Shown here: positions 1-10,959 of the stretch, one piece after another
How the letters are laid out: each line of letters begins with the position of its first letter
How positions within the stretch are numbered: the first letter of the stretch is position 1
Origin: Anolis carolinensis
Lineage: Eukaryota
Assembly (NCBI RefSeq): GCF_035594765.1
Contig: NC_085842.1
Coordinates: 43,500,782-43,564,781 of the forward strand
Length of the DNA: 64,000 nucleotides
Reading direction: 5' to 3'
Notes under the pieces: generated by a model
What the model saw: only the letters and a program-made list of their open reading frames with translations
What the model was told of the DNA's origin: nothing
The model's database searches: none
Program-made: the position numbers and the translations under genes

Positions 1-7
1 AAAAGTT

Positions 8-50
<43 letters not shown>
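8..50. repeat. (GTT)n microsatellite
   Basis: About 14 perfect GTT units. Confidence 0.97.
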
Positions 51-1703
51 GCAATTGTCAGAACACAAAAGCTATGCCTTTGTGAAGGCAGTTTTGCGAG
101 TCAAAAACAGGTGCTTGTATTCAGGGTACACTTTGTCACGTCCAACACAAGGCAGCCTCATTTACCTTGCAAGCTGAAAGAAATATTTACTTCTCTGTTT
201 TGGAGATAATCAGGAGAATTTACTGAGGAACAAAATGGCCTGCTTCCCAGGTAGGTGAGTTATGTCCTTTTATTAAATGCTTGTTTTCCATTTGCGGCAA
301 CATTGAAAGAGCCCTAAATCACCCAAACACATGTTATTGAGCTACTTTTCAAGCATAGAACACCACTGAATGGGGAAGAAAGCCTTCTGTACTTTGGAGA
401 AATGTTGTGCTCTGGATGGAAATAGCAAATTCTCCTTTTTGAAAAATGTGTTGCATAGTTTGAGAATAGCTTCAGATATACAAGTGGACCACAAGACGTG
501 GGAGACTACTACTGGGAGGATGCAGGGTCAGAGCAGGGCATAGGAGACAGAAGGGTAGGGAATTGGGGGCACAATCACAGGTCATTGAAGGTACAAGGAA
601 TTGAGAAGAACAAGTAGATAGATACATGATATAGAGAGAAAGGAAAGGCAGAAATAACAGGATGAAGAAGGAGAAAGATAGGATCATGAAGAGTTTGAGT
701 CAACAAAGCACAAATTCTGAGCAGATTTTAACAAAGATCTAGAGATGTTTAGAAGCCATGGTCATGTCTCAATGACCATTACAGATTGCTATATATCAGC
801 ATTGATAGATTCTTTTAAAATCTTATATCATGGTGGCTTATGTACACGGGGAGACTATTCAGAAGAGAACTACAAAGAACACAACTATATATATGCTCTC
901 TCTTTTTTGTTGAGCTAAGAATGCAACAATAAGGATACCTCTAGAAAGGATCTCTCTTGACAACCTTATCAATGAATGTTTTGTGATTGACTTTATTTTT
1001 GGTTGCAGAGTAGGGGGACAAATAATCTATGTGTTTTCACATACTACCCGCCTTCCCTTTTATCACACTGCTATAAAATCATTAGTAGTTGGAGATGCTG
1101 ATAACATACTGCATTACGGTGGGAGGGGATAAGTTATCACTTGCAATCCAAGATTTGTCTGAGCAAAAATAACTAATGTAACACTCAATAGTTTTAAAAG
1201 AGAAAGCAGTGTTAGTCAAATGGAGAAAGGGTGAAGAGAATGAAGGAATCAAGCAGCACCTTTGAGAATAACTGTTTTCATTTAGTATGGACTTTCATGG
1301 ATGCCAAGCTACTTCTTGAGCTGCACTGATAGAAATGGAAGTATAGCCACAGGCATATTGGAATATAATAGGATATAGAAGTATGTAAATTCTGACCTAG
1401 GTCATAAACCTTCAGAGTTGTCTGAGATGATACAGGTCTGTCAAGCAGCTGGTCTGTAGTCCTGAGGTGTGACAGCAATACTTAAAGCAATGCTAAGGAA
1501 GTTAATATTTAAAGTAATATTGGCGTTTGAGTGGTACTTAAGCAGCACCTGAGGCAATGCCCAAGAAAAATATCAAAACAACATTAATGCAAATCAGTTC
1601 CTTGGACCTTGAAAAAATTTTTGAGGAGAATTTCTATGTACATGAGCAACTGTGGGGGTCCTAATATTCATATATTAATTTCCAGTACAATGCAAGGGGT
1701 GAC

Positions 1704-1797
1704 TGGGTTGCTGTGAGGTTTTTGGGTTGTATGGCCATGTTCCAATAGCATTCTCTCCTGATGTTTCACCTGCATCTGTGGCTGGCATTTTCAGAGG
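1704..1797 (-). mobile_element. Penelope-like terminal-repeat fragment with degenerate hammerhead
   Basis: Homologous to 30832-30923. Reverse complement reads cctCTGAAAAtgccagccacagatgcaggtGAAAcatCagg, i.e. the CUGANGA core is mutated. Confidence 0.7.
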
Positions 1798-2916
1798 TCA
1801 AGGGATGTTTGGAAAGAGAAATTACAACCCATCAGGAGATATATCAATGAACAAAATGGTTTCTTGACATGCTAAATATATGCAATATACATTTTATATC
1901 TAGTGTGCCAAGAAATTGCTTGTCTACAGAGCAATTGGAATTAGTGGCTGGCTTTCCAAACTTCCCCTAAAGCTTCTTTGAAATGTAGAGAACAGCTTCT
2001 TGAAGGTCCTTGATATTATGTCCATGAAGATAAAAATATTCTGCCACAGATTTGTGTCTTTCACAGAGATTACCCTGTTTGTTCTTTTGAAGAGGAGCAC
2101 ATATCACATTGAAGGATAAGCAGTTAAAAGCATTCTTTATGTTATGGTTGAAATTATTAAGACCTGAAATGTTGCTTCCAGTGCAGATGGAGTTGGTGTC
2201 TGGTAGGAGAACATGCTGTCTGAGTGAATCAAGTTCCATTCCAAACAAGGACATTTTCCATGTTCTGTACCAGGCTCTGATAACATCTTCCGCAAATGTT
2301 CAAACCTGAGATATTGCAGATCTCTAGGGTAGGGTGATCAATTTAGATGTGCCTTTAGTAATTGCCATAGTTTTCTTCTCACTGCTGGATAAAATGAACA
2401 CAACATCCAGTTTCACTCAGTATTCACATATCCAAAGGGCTTCAATAAATTACTTTGCACAGAAATATGAGGGTATTTGAGTAAAAAAAGTGTTCCCTGT
2501 ATACATAATATTGCATATAAAACACGATTTTCAGAAACTCACATAACCTTTTTGTGCACAATATACATTTTTAATAGATAAAATAGCAATTTTGCACAAA
2601 TAATTTGAATGAACACCAGACAAAACTTGCATTTTAATCTCTGACTAGCTCCCCTGAGTGTCAGGAAACTCGTTTTTCACCCAGGAAATAAAATAAATAG
2701 TGGTTATTTTTTGAGTTCCCTGACCCTTAACAATGTTCTTCAGTGGAGACAACATTGTGAACATGATGGCAGTAGGTATGGAGAGAGGAACAGGTGAATT
2801 GAGATATTAGGTGAATTTGGAAACATATTTCATTACGTATGAAAATATCTAAAGCTCATTGGTTGATTTCATTTAATTATCCTGTGAGTCTTCTATAATG
2901 TATTCTCAGCTATTTG

Positions 2917-3064
2917 GGGCCCTTCCACACAGCCAAATAACCCAGAATATAAAGGCAAAATAACTCATAATATCTGCTTTGAACTGGAATTTCTGAGTAC
3001 ACACTGCCATATATCCCAGGTAAGCAGATAATGTGGGATTTGATTCAGCTGTGTGAAAGGGGCC
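2917..3064. mobile_element. PIF/Harbinger-type MITE
   Basis: TIRs gggcccttccacacagc / gctgtgtgaaaggggcc; same family as the MITEs at 25088-25545 and 33861-34008. Confidence 0.75.
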
Positions 3065-3445
3065 TCAGTCTTCCTTAATGTGAGATCTCAGATTTTGTCC
3101 AATATTAGCTGCTGTGCACAAATTTCAGTGAAATGCTGACATATGGTTTATTTTAAATACTGGTTGCTATTGTATGTGAGGTGTCAAGAAATCAAATGTG
3201 ACAAAATATATGTATGTTACAGAAGATAAAATATTAGTTGGAATTGTGGAGAATACATGAAACCTTAATGCTAATTTGGAATATAGTCAACGTAAGTATT
3301 AATGTATATAATTTGTTCATAGGGTTCTGTCATGGATTATGGCACTCCTCCTCTATGCAGCCGGTTTCATATTTTAGCTACTGTTATGTAGCCAAGGCAT
3401 TTTCCATTGTTGTTATGTGAATTCATTTGAATTCATTTCTGATTT

Positions 3446-3630
3446 ATGACAATCCTAAGACAAGTCTACTATGGGGTTTTCTTGACAAGATTTGTTCAGA
3501 GAGGGTTTGCCATTTGTTTCCTTTGACACTGAGAGAGTATGACTTGCCCAAAGTTTCTTTTGGGGTTTTCATGATTGAGTTGAGATTTGCACCCTGGTGT
3601 CTCAGAGTCTTAAACCAACATTTAAACAAT
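3446..3630 (-). mobile_element. Old tRNA-derived SINE (degenerate)
   Basis: Reverse complement resembles the SINEs at 14712-14903 and 15258-15490. Confidence 0.5.
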
Positions 3631-3787
3631 GTGGTTCTTGCGTTTCCATCAGCCAGAACAAATAAGCTGGAATAACTGTAGTACTTTGCAGTAGGAACAA
3701 GATTCCTTACAATGGTAAGTCTGAAAAACATGCAGCAATTTAACATGCTTCAATCATTCCTACTGGTAAAGCCATATGGTAGACCGA

Positions 3788-4140
3788 GTACTGTGTACAC
3801 TTGTGTTAAAGTTGACTTCACGTATAAGTTGAGGATAGCTTTTTGAACCAAAAGTATGGATTTTGATAGGACCTACATGTTACAAAGAATGTAAAGGATG
3901 AAACAAAGGAAGAAAATGCCAAAGAAATGGCCACTGATGTGCCATTTCCCCACTCAGGCATTCAAAAAAGCCAGAAGCAGAATCATGGTGGAAAGACTAG
4001 AGGGGATTGGTGCATCTTTTAGTTCTCCCAGGATAGAACAAGCTCTCCACTTTTGATATTCTACACAGAGAAAAGAAGAGTTGTCTAATCAGGATTTTTG
4101 ACTAACATTGATAGACTTATACATGAGTATATACAAGTAT
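3788..4140. mobile_element. Tc1/mariner-type non-autonomous DNA transposon (degenerate)
   Basis: Ends tactgtgtacacttgtgt / acttatacatgagtatataca; shares internal sequence with about 14030-14441. Confidence 0.5.
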
Positions 4141-4452
4141 TCTGTTAGAAAAGGAATGAGCAGGCTGTGGCCTTCAACCACTTCCACTGCAATCTCTGGG
4201 TTTGGTGGAACTCCCCACACAGAAATTTGACCCAGCAGCTCAGCTGATCATTTGGGCTCTTGAAGGGGAAAACTCATGCTAACTAGGGAGTCTGGGAGGT
4301 GTAATTACAAAAAAAAAATCCCCACATTCTACAGTTTTATAGATGTTTTAAATCTACTTCCCATTTTTACCAACTTAGATGCCCCAGATGTTTTGAGAAT
4401 CACATGGGATTTTTTAGTTAACAGATCTTTTTGTTCTGCTTGTTCTCTTGGG

Positions 4453-4717
4453 TTTTTTTTTTTCGTGTCAGGAGCAACCGGAGTTGCTTCTGGAGTGAGA
4501 GAATTGGCCGTCTGCAAAGACGTTGCCCAGGGGACGCCCGGATGTTTTGATGTTTTTACCATCCTTGTGGGAGGCTTCTCTCATATCCCCGCATGGAGCT
4601 GGAGCTGATAGAGGGAGCTCATCCACATTCTCCCCAGGTGGGATTTGAACCTGGCAGCTTTCAGGTCAGTAACCCAACCTTCAAGTCACTTAGTCCACTA
4701 CACCATCTGGGGGCTCC
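4453..4717 (-). mobile_element. AnolisSINE2-like tRNA-derived SINE (Vingi-type body and tail)
   Basis: tRNA-like head with A/B boxes, tail gttgctcctgacacg(A)n, 12-bp TSD gttctcttgggt (4442-4453 / 4718-4729); homologous to 55977-56248. Confidence 0.9.
4496..4591 (-). ncRNA. HDV/CPEB3-like ribozyme fold inside the SINE
   Basis: P1 (GGGGAT/GTCCCC), P2 (TGAGAGAA/TTCTCTCA), P3 (GCC/GGC), L3 TCCCAC, GG-GCAAC, P4 CGTCT/AGACG and J4/2 GCCAA occur in HDV order. Activity untested. Confidence 0.6.
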
Positions 4718-6757
4718 GTTCTCTTGGGTAATGAAGAGATATCCGCAAACACTAAAAATGGTACAGTGTCTTCTTTGAAAAATAGCTTCAACTTCTTAAT
4801 AACAATATTCAACAGCATTCCAAAAATATCCTCCGCAATGTCACCCCTTAGAATTCAGTTCTATTTTTGCCTTTTCTTACTTTTTTGCCTTTTGTTACTG
4901 GCCCATCATCACTGACCTCACTTAATTATCTGTTAATGAGACCATCTTTAAATCGAAAGGCTGTATCTTTGCTGGGACTTAAACCAGATCTCAAGGGAGA
5001 CAGCAAGCTAGCGCAAGTTTCTTCTTCTTTTTGTTGTTGTTGAAAGAAAAGAATCTACAAAGTATTTTCCACAATCAATATAGATGTGATCATTATTTAT
5101 TAATTGTTCAATTTCAGGAACTGCTTTATCACAGAAATTGGGGTGGAGACCCAGGAGGTAATTAGAACTCTCCAAGTGCATACTGATGTTGGAAATACTC
5201 TGAATCTATAGGGCAATGAACTGGTTTCCAAGAACCTTGAGAGAGAAACCCAAGAATAGTGAATGTACTCTTCTGTGCTGGGAAGAAGTCATAGAGTGAC
5301 CAGATCTTTGTGCTCAGCAAATTTAGCAAGCATCAAAAGACAATACCAGAGACACCTGTGGAAGCAGAAAGACTTTTAGTAACTCTAGTTCAGGTGTCGT
5401 AAATACAAATAGAATTCTAGCTCAAGAAGATAGACCCTCCTTCTCCAAGGATAAAGGGATGCTGCATTCCTGTATGTTTTGATTGTTGGGTGGTGTATTT
5501 GTTTTGTGCAGCTTGCTAACGTCAAAATGCAGACCGGCAATTTATAAATGTAATGGGAAACTTGCAACAAATGGTCACCAAACACGGTTAAGAAAGTAGA
5601 CTGATAGACAAAGGAGAGAATTTTTGGAATGTACACAATCATTCTTGCTGGTATGCTATTACACAGTAGTGTAATTCAGTAAATGCATTTCTTAGCTACT
5701 TTGTAACTAGGTATATGTAAAGTTGGGTAATGTAACAGCTTATGTTTTATTCCAGCATATTCCAGAAAGACAGCTTGTGATTTAAAAAGAATAATATATC
5801 CTAAAACATATAAAAGGTAAACATTAAAATGGAATTTAATTATTCACAGTATTAAACAAATAAATAAATACTTTAAAAAACAAAAGGTAATTGCAAAAAT
5901 AAAAAAAATTGTTAATGATTGCCCTCTTTAGAAAGAAGTTTCAGTGTCTAAGGAAAGCCCTTTCTTATATCCCCACCAACCATGACTGAGAGAAGGGCTT
6001 CTCCTGGTGGTTATCAGGGCTTGGCACCTTATACAGCAAGACGCAGACTTCCCTATAATTGGGACTTGAACCATATCGGAAACACATCTGCCATACTAGG
6101 TTTGTTTCTTGCGAAACAATTGCATAGAATAGTGGCTTCAGAGTTTGCCTTTCAACTTGGCTTCTACAAAGGTTATAGACATAGCTGCACTACACTGTTA
6201 TTGATTTCATGCTACTTCAGTTGTTTGGGCTCATTCCTAAGGGAATTTGTGATTCATAGCTTGGCAATGTATTTCAGTTCTCTGCTACAGAATAACAGTC
6301 CACCTTCCTGAACTATAGTTCCCCAGGTATTCTGAGTGGTTTGTCTTCACAACATAATAAAGCTGTTTTAACTTTCAATCCTACTTTTCTCAGGCTACCC
6401 AAGTACTTCACTAAACTACAAATCCAAGGATTCCTTAGGTTGAAGCTGTGACAATGGTGTCAAACAGATAACAAATAACACAGATATATGTTTACTTTTC
6501 TTTTTAAATGATAGCCTAGCTAATAACATACACAGACATAAGGTGGCATGGCTTTCTAGCCATTTAAAACTAGTATAGCTTCCACTCCTTTCCTTATCAA
6601 CAATTTCAGAATTGCTCTTCATCTACTGCTTATTCATTCTTCTCCCGGCATACCAGCCAGTAGGAATTTCTAGTGTTCCTTTGATAGAGACACCCAAATA
6701 CATACATGCACATTCTTGGCATCAGTAACAGGAAAGGTTACCAGTTAACTCAGTTAC

Positions 6758-7247
6758 TAGGCTTGTGCAATTCAGATAGAAGTTGATCCGTTTTTGGTAT
6801 CTGAATTTTGTTGGGTACCCAGGTCAATTTTCAGGAGCCTCCTAAAAATTAGCTAATAGAAAAATCTGTTTTTGGCTAGGCAGCCGAAAGATGCAGGAAG
6901 ATCCAGCCAATTGGCAGCAATGGGGAACTTACAAGGCTCCCCTTTCTATTCCTGGGATCCTTTTCTTTTTTTTCTTTCATGAGGGCCTGGGTTTGAGGAA
7001 TGGGGTTGAGGAAGCACCCTTCTTGGGACCCTTTCCTTTCTTCCTTTCAAGAGAGTCTGGGTTTGAGGAATGGGGTTAAGGAAGCATGCACTGCGTACTC
7101 CTGAATAGAGGGAAAGAAGCCATACCCGGTAGCCACATGGGCTGTTTCAGGTGAAAAAATGGCAGCTGAGTCCTTACCGTTATGGCCTTCTGGAGAAGCC
7201 GAACAAGCCGAAGGGAAGTGGTTAAAGTGGGTCCGTGAACAAGTCTA
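6758..7247. mobile_element. hAT-type MITE with internal ~70-bp tandem duplication
   Basis: TIRs taggcttgtgca / tgaacaagtcta; 8-bp TSD tcagttac / tccgttac; duplicated unit at about 6952-7090. Confidence 0.7.
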
Positions 7248-7729
7248 TCCGTTACTCAGAAATGAGATGGGTTCCTCAAACAATGAAGAAAGTCAGGAGC
7301 TGAAATAGCAATTTCTCAAATGATTCACCTTAAATCAGCTGCAGTCTCAAAACTCTTACTCCTGAAGACTCTGTATCTTAATAGTATACTAACTCAATAT
7401 CACCCAATAATTTACTGTGGTTCTCTGGCTACATACCGATTTTATTTGATTAAAAGTAATCAATCCATAAAAATGAGCTTAGGTTCCCCTTAATAAGTTT
7501 TAGCGGTCTGGGTTTCATTGTTTTGGAGCTATAATGGTGACAATCATATAAACACATTTGTATTATTATAAGCTGATATCTTGTACTGCACTTAGAATGT
7601 TGTTAGGCTTACACCTCACAACTGTTTGGTAGTCACATTTACAATGCTACTGCAAACCCATCTTAAAATCCAGATAGCTGTAACAAGGAATAGAGTTACA
7701 CACTGCTGGAACATGGGCGATGAAGAATG

Positions 7730-7890
7730 ATTTGTCTATCCCAAAATTATTAAAATACTGTATATAACATTGCCTCCAAGCTATATGTATAAGTTATATA
7801 TGAAACAAATAAATTTCATGTTTAGACATGTGTCCCAAGTCCAAAATATCTTATTCTGTATATACAGGTATTCCGAAAATCGGGGTCCCA
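7730..7890. mobile_element. Tigger/pogo-like MITE fragment
   Basis: Resembles Tigger4/MER46-type sequence (gaaacaaataaatttcatgtttagac...tctggtcccaagca). Confidence 0.5.
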
Positions 7891-8529
7891 AACATTTCTG
7901 GTCCCAAGCATGGCCTTGTGATACAAGATATAGAGGATGTGGGAACTGGATAGAAGGATTTTAAAGACTGAGAATTAAACAGGGAACAGAGAGAATTAAT
8001 CATATGCCACAATGTGCATTAGAGGCAATAAACAGAACCTGAAGGGTAATAGTTCTTGCATATATCAGGTGGGCATTGGTAAAAGAGGCACAATACCCAG
8101 AGTACAAATGTAGAGCTAAAATGTGGAAGTTATTATTAATGTTGTTTCATGATAGATGGGAGATTCTAACTGCCATAAACATCTGGAAGTTATAGTTGCT
8201 TTGTAAGTGAGTTTTCTTTGAATTGCTTTTGAATATTGAGATGAATGTGGAATGGGAAAGAGGTGGCTTGTCTCATAGAGGTCACTTTTAAGGAAGGAGC
8301 CTTTGTTTAAAATGTGCACTTTAACAAAAATAAATAGGTCCTTTTTTTGAAAAAGCTATGTCTCCCTTGGGTTGGTCTTCTTTTACAATTTGGAAACTCC
8401 CATTAATGCTCTTAAGTGGAACAAGGAAATACTGTATAGGTATATACACAAATAATTAAATGCACAATTAGTCACAACATTCATAGCAACTGTTGGTATC
8501 AGAAAAAATCTACCTTGTCCGTAGTGCAT

Positions 8530-8729
8530 TTGTGCTTGTGACTTCAGGTTTTTTGTTTACTTGTAGAGACTCCAAGAATTTCTTATGGTTTTCTTAGATT
8601 TTGCTGATTCTTTCCTCTGAAATATAGCTTACCGCACCTGGAATTTGCTAATGGGCTCACAACCAAATTCTAACCAAGTCTGACTCTGCTTAGCTTTCAA
8701 GATTAAATAGAATCTGGTGCCTTTAGGGT
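8530..8729 (-). mobile_element. 5S rRNA-derived SINE (5S-Sauria/SINE3-like)
   Basis: Reverse complement 8729-8626 (ccctaaaggcaccagattc...aagctaagcagagtcagacttggttagaatttgg...ccaggtgcggtaagct) is a degenerate 5S rRNA, followed by a SINE tail. Confidence 0.7.
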
Positions 8730-9911
8730 CTTTAAACCCTTGTCTATCCTTTCATCTACTAAGTTTATTCTCTGCATTGATCAATGATGTACCATGCAGG
8801 GACCCAGTACAGGCACGGCAGGAACAGTTAATTTTGCCAAAGGACATAAAGAAGATGTAGCCAGTTGGCACAGATCAGCCCCCACATTAGTTCCACATCA
8901 TTGTTACATGTGGTGATTAAAGACAATGACCCCTATCATGGTTCAAAACCAACTCTAGAACTGAGGAAGAGAGAGAGAGATGAGGAGAGCATCCAATATA
9001 GCTCAGTCATTGCACTGTGTTTTCCCACTGCGAGTAATATTACAGTTACAAAAAGGAGCCAGCCAAAAGGCAGGACGTATGTTCCATGCAGAGCACCAAA
9101 GGGGTAGTAAACTTTGACGCGCAGCATATATCCACATTGCAGTAAAGAGGTTAAGAGTCTCTAGGTAGGGAACAGCAGACAAGAGCCTCAGGAACAGCAA
9201 TTTCTCTTCGCTGACTGCCCCCATAAGAGAACACTAGGAAATATTCTTTCTGCTTCAATAATTATCTTTCACCCAGAAAGTCCCAACTTCAGAGCTGAAA
9301 GGTGATGCCTTCTCCCTTTAGATCAGGAAGGGAACAGCAAAACAGTACATGCTTTTATGTACATGACACCCAAATGATACAGTTGTTTCGCTTAAAAGGC
9401 CAATAAGGTAATCATATTATTTTGCCTTCATGTGATATATTGCCTACCATATCGTGTTACATTTTTAAGAGTTTTTCTCTCTTTTTTGCTGAGGTTGTTT
9501 TATTGGATCATCTAAAGACTGGTAAAATCAAAATCTATCAGACCATATAATGGTAGGCTTAATAGGAATTTTAATGTCTGATCCCCAGGGGATCTGGCTA
9601 AGAAAGTCTTTTATGTCTTCGACTATGTGGCCACACACAATTTGTGTGTTTATGTAGACTACAGGCTTTATCCAGACCTTCAGCAGGCAACTACACCGGA
9701 GTTCAGGCTAATCTTCTACTCCTAATGCCAACCCCTTCCCCCAAATACGTTGTATCTCCTTTGACCAAAATTCCTTCCTTTTTTCTGGTTCTTTTCCCAT
9801 AATAGCAAACAGAAGTGATATTATGTCACCCCCAAAATAAATATCAGGGAGATTCAGAAGAGTGGTGGATGACTTTGGAATCAGCAAATGTGAGGCTGTC
9901 TGGTTGCTATT

Positions 9912-10182
9912 TTGGCCCCAGAGCGTTCTAACTGGAGGTCAGCTGTTACCAACAGTGCTGTGGATTTTGAAGAGGCATGGATAGAGGGGAAAAAGAAGAA
10001 ATGTGCCAAGGGGAAAGTGCATCATGAAAACCTTTATTGGGACCGCCTTCCAACTGGAAATCAATGTCCCCATTGTGAAAGTCTATGCGGATCCAGAATA
10101 GGTCTCTACAGCCACCTCCAAGAGACTACACTTGGAAATCATCATACTCAGCCACGAGTGATCACCTATGATGATGATGACT
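9912..10182 (+). mobile_element. RTE-clade LINE 3' end
   Basis: Encodes a CPHCESLCGSRIGLYSHL zinc-finger-like C-terminus; (GAT)n tail; homologous to 29070-29340. Confidence 0.8.
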
Positions 10183-10362
10183 AGGTGAAGAAAGCCCTCA
10201 TTAGGACCTAAAAGAGTTGGAACAGGGCTTGAAATATGATAAAATTACCCCATACACAACCCAAGGACATTTGAACCCCTCTTTAGCCAAAATGTTAGAA
10301 GTTAAGTGTTGTGGGCATCATGGCCCTCCAAGTTCCCGTTCAGTGCAAAAGAGCAAGTATGG

Positions 10363-10403
<41 letters not shown>
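10363..10403. repeat. (ATA)n microsatellite, tail of the adjacent SINE
   Basis: Perfect ATA run. Confidence 0.95.
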
Positions 10404-10405
<2 letters not shown>

Positions 10406-10870
10406 ACTTTATTTATATTCTGACTTTCTCCCCTAGGGGACTCAGAGCAGATTACAGCATTTACATAGGCAAACATTCAATGCCTTTACAGTCAAATACA
10501 ATGAAACATAGAAACAAAGGCAAAGGTTTCTCATTTCATTTTCGGCTTCTGGAGGTGGTGATCATCTCTGGCTCCAGGGAGGTGCTTTTTTCTCCATTTC
10601 AAACCGAGGAGCCTGTGTTGTCACCTCTTAGTCATGTGGTCAGAAAGATTGCTTGGGCCGTCTCTTTGCCTTTACTTTCTGAAGCAGTACTTATTTATCT
10701 ACTTACATTTGCATATTTTTGAACTGCTAGGTTGACAGGAGCTAGGGCTTGATAGACAGGAGCTCACCCCATCTCGTGTATTTGAATGGCCAACCTTCTG
10801 GTCAGCAGTTCAGCGACACAAGGAATTAACCCATTGCACCACTGTGGCCACCCACTGTGCCACTGTGGCC
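10404..10870 (-). mobile_element. Divergent Sauria-SINE-like element ending in an L2-type 3' tail
   Basis: 10515-10870 aligns by eye to the Sauria SINE; 10404-10515 matches the L2 3' end at 12470-12570. Confidence 0.7.
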
Positions 10871-10959
10871 CCTCTGTTATAAAGGCAAGGCTACACAGAA
10901 TGTCTCAAAATGAGGGACCCAATTTCAAAGGAGTAAATTTCAAAGGAGTAAAGGCCTAA

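Noticed and set aside
165-173. Minus-strand 8-nt microexon-like signal (ttctttcag|CTTGCAAG|gtaaat)
   Set aside because: Not a multiple of three, weak donor; plausible by chance.
8626-8729. Functional 5S rRNA gene
   Set aside because: Heavily diverged and fused to a SINE tail.
10306-10722. ORF with poly-Ile (likewise the poly-Cys, Leu, Thr and Asn ORFs at 22280, 50796, 50891, 58826, 59003)
   Set aside because: Translations of trinucleotide microsatellites and SINE sequence.
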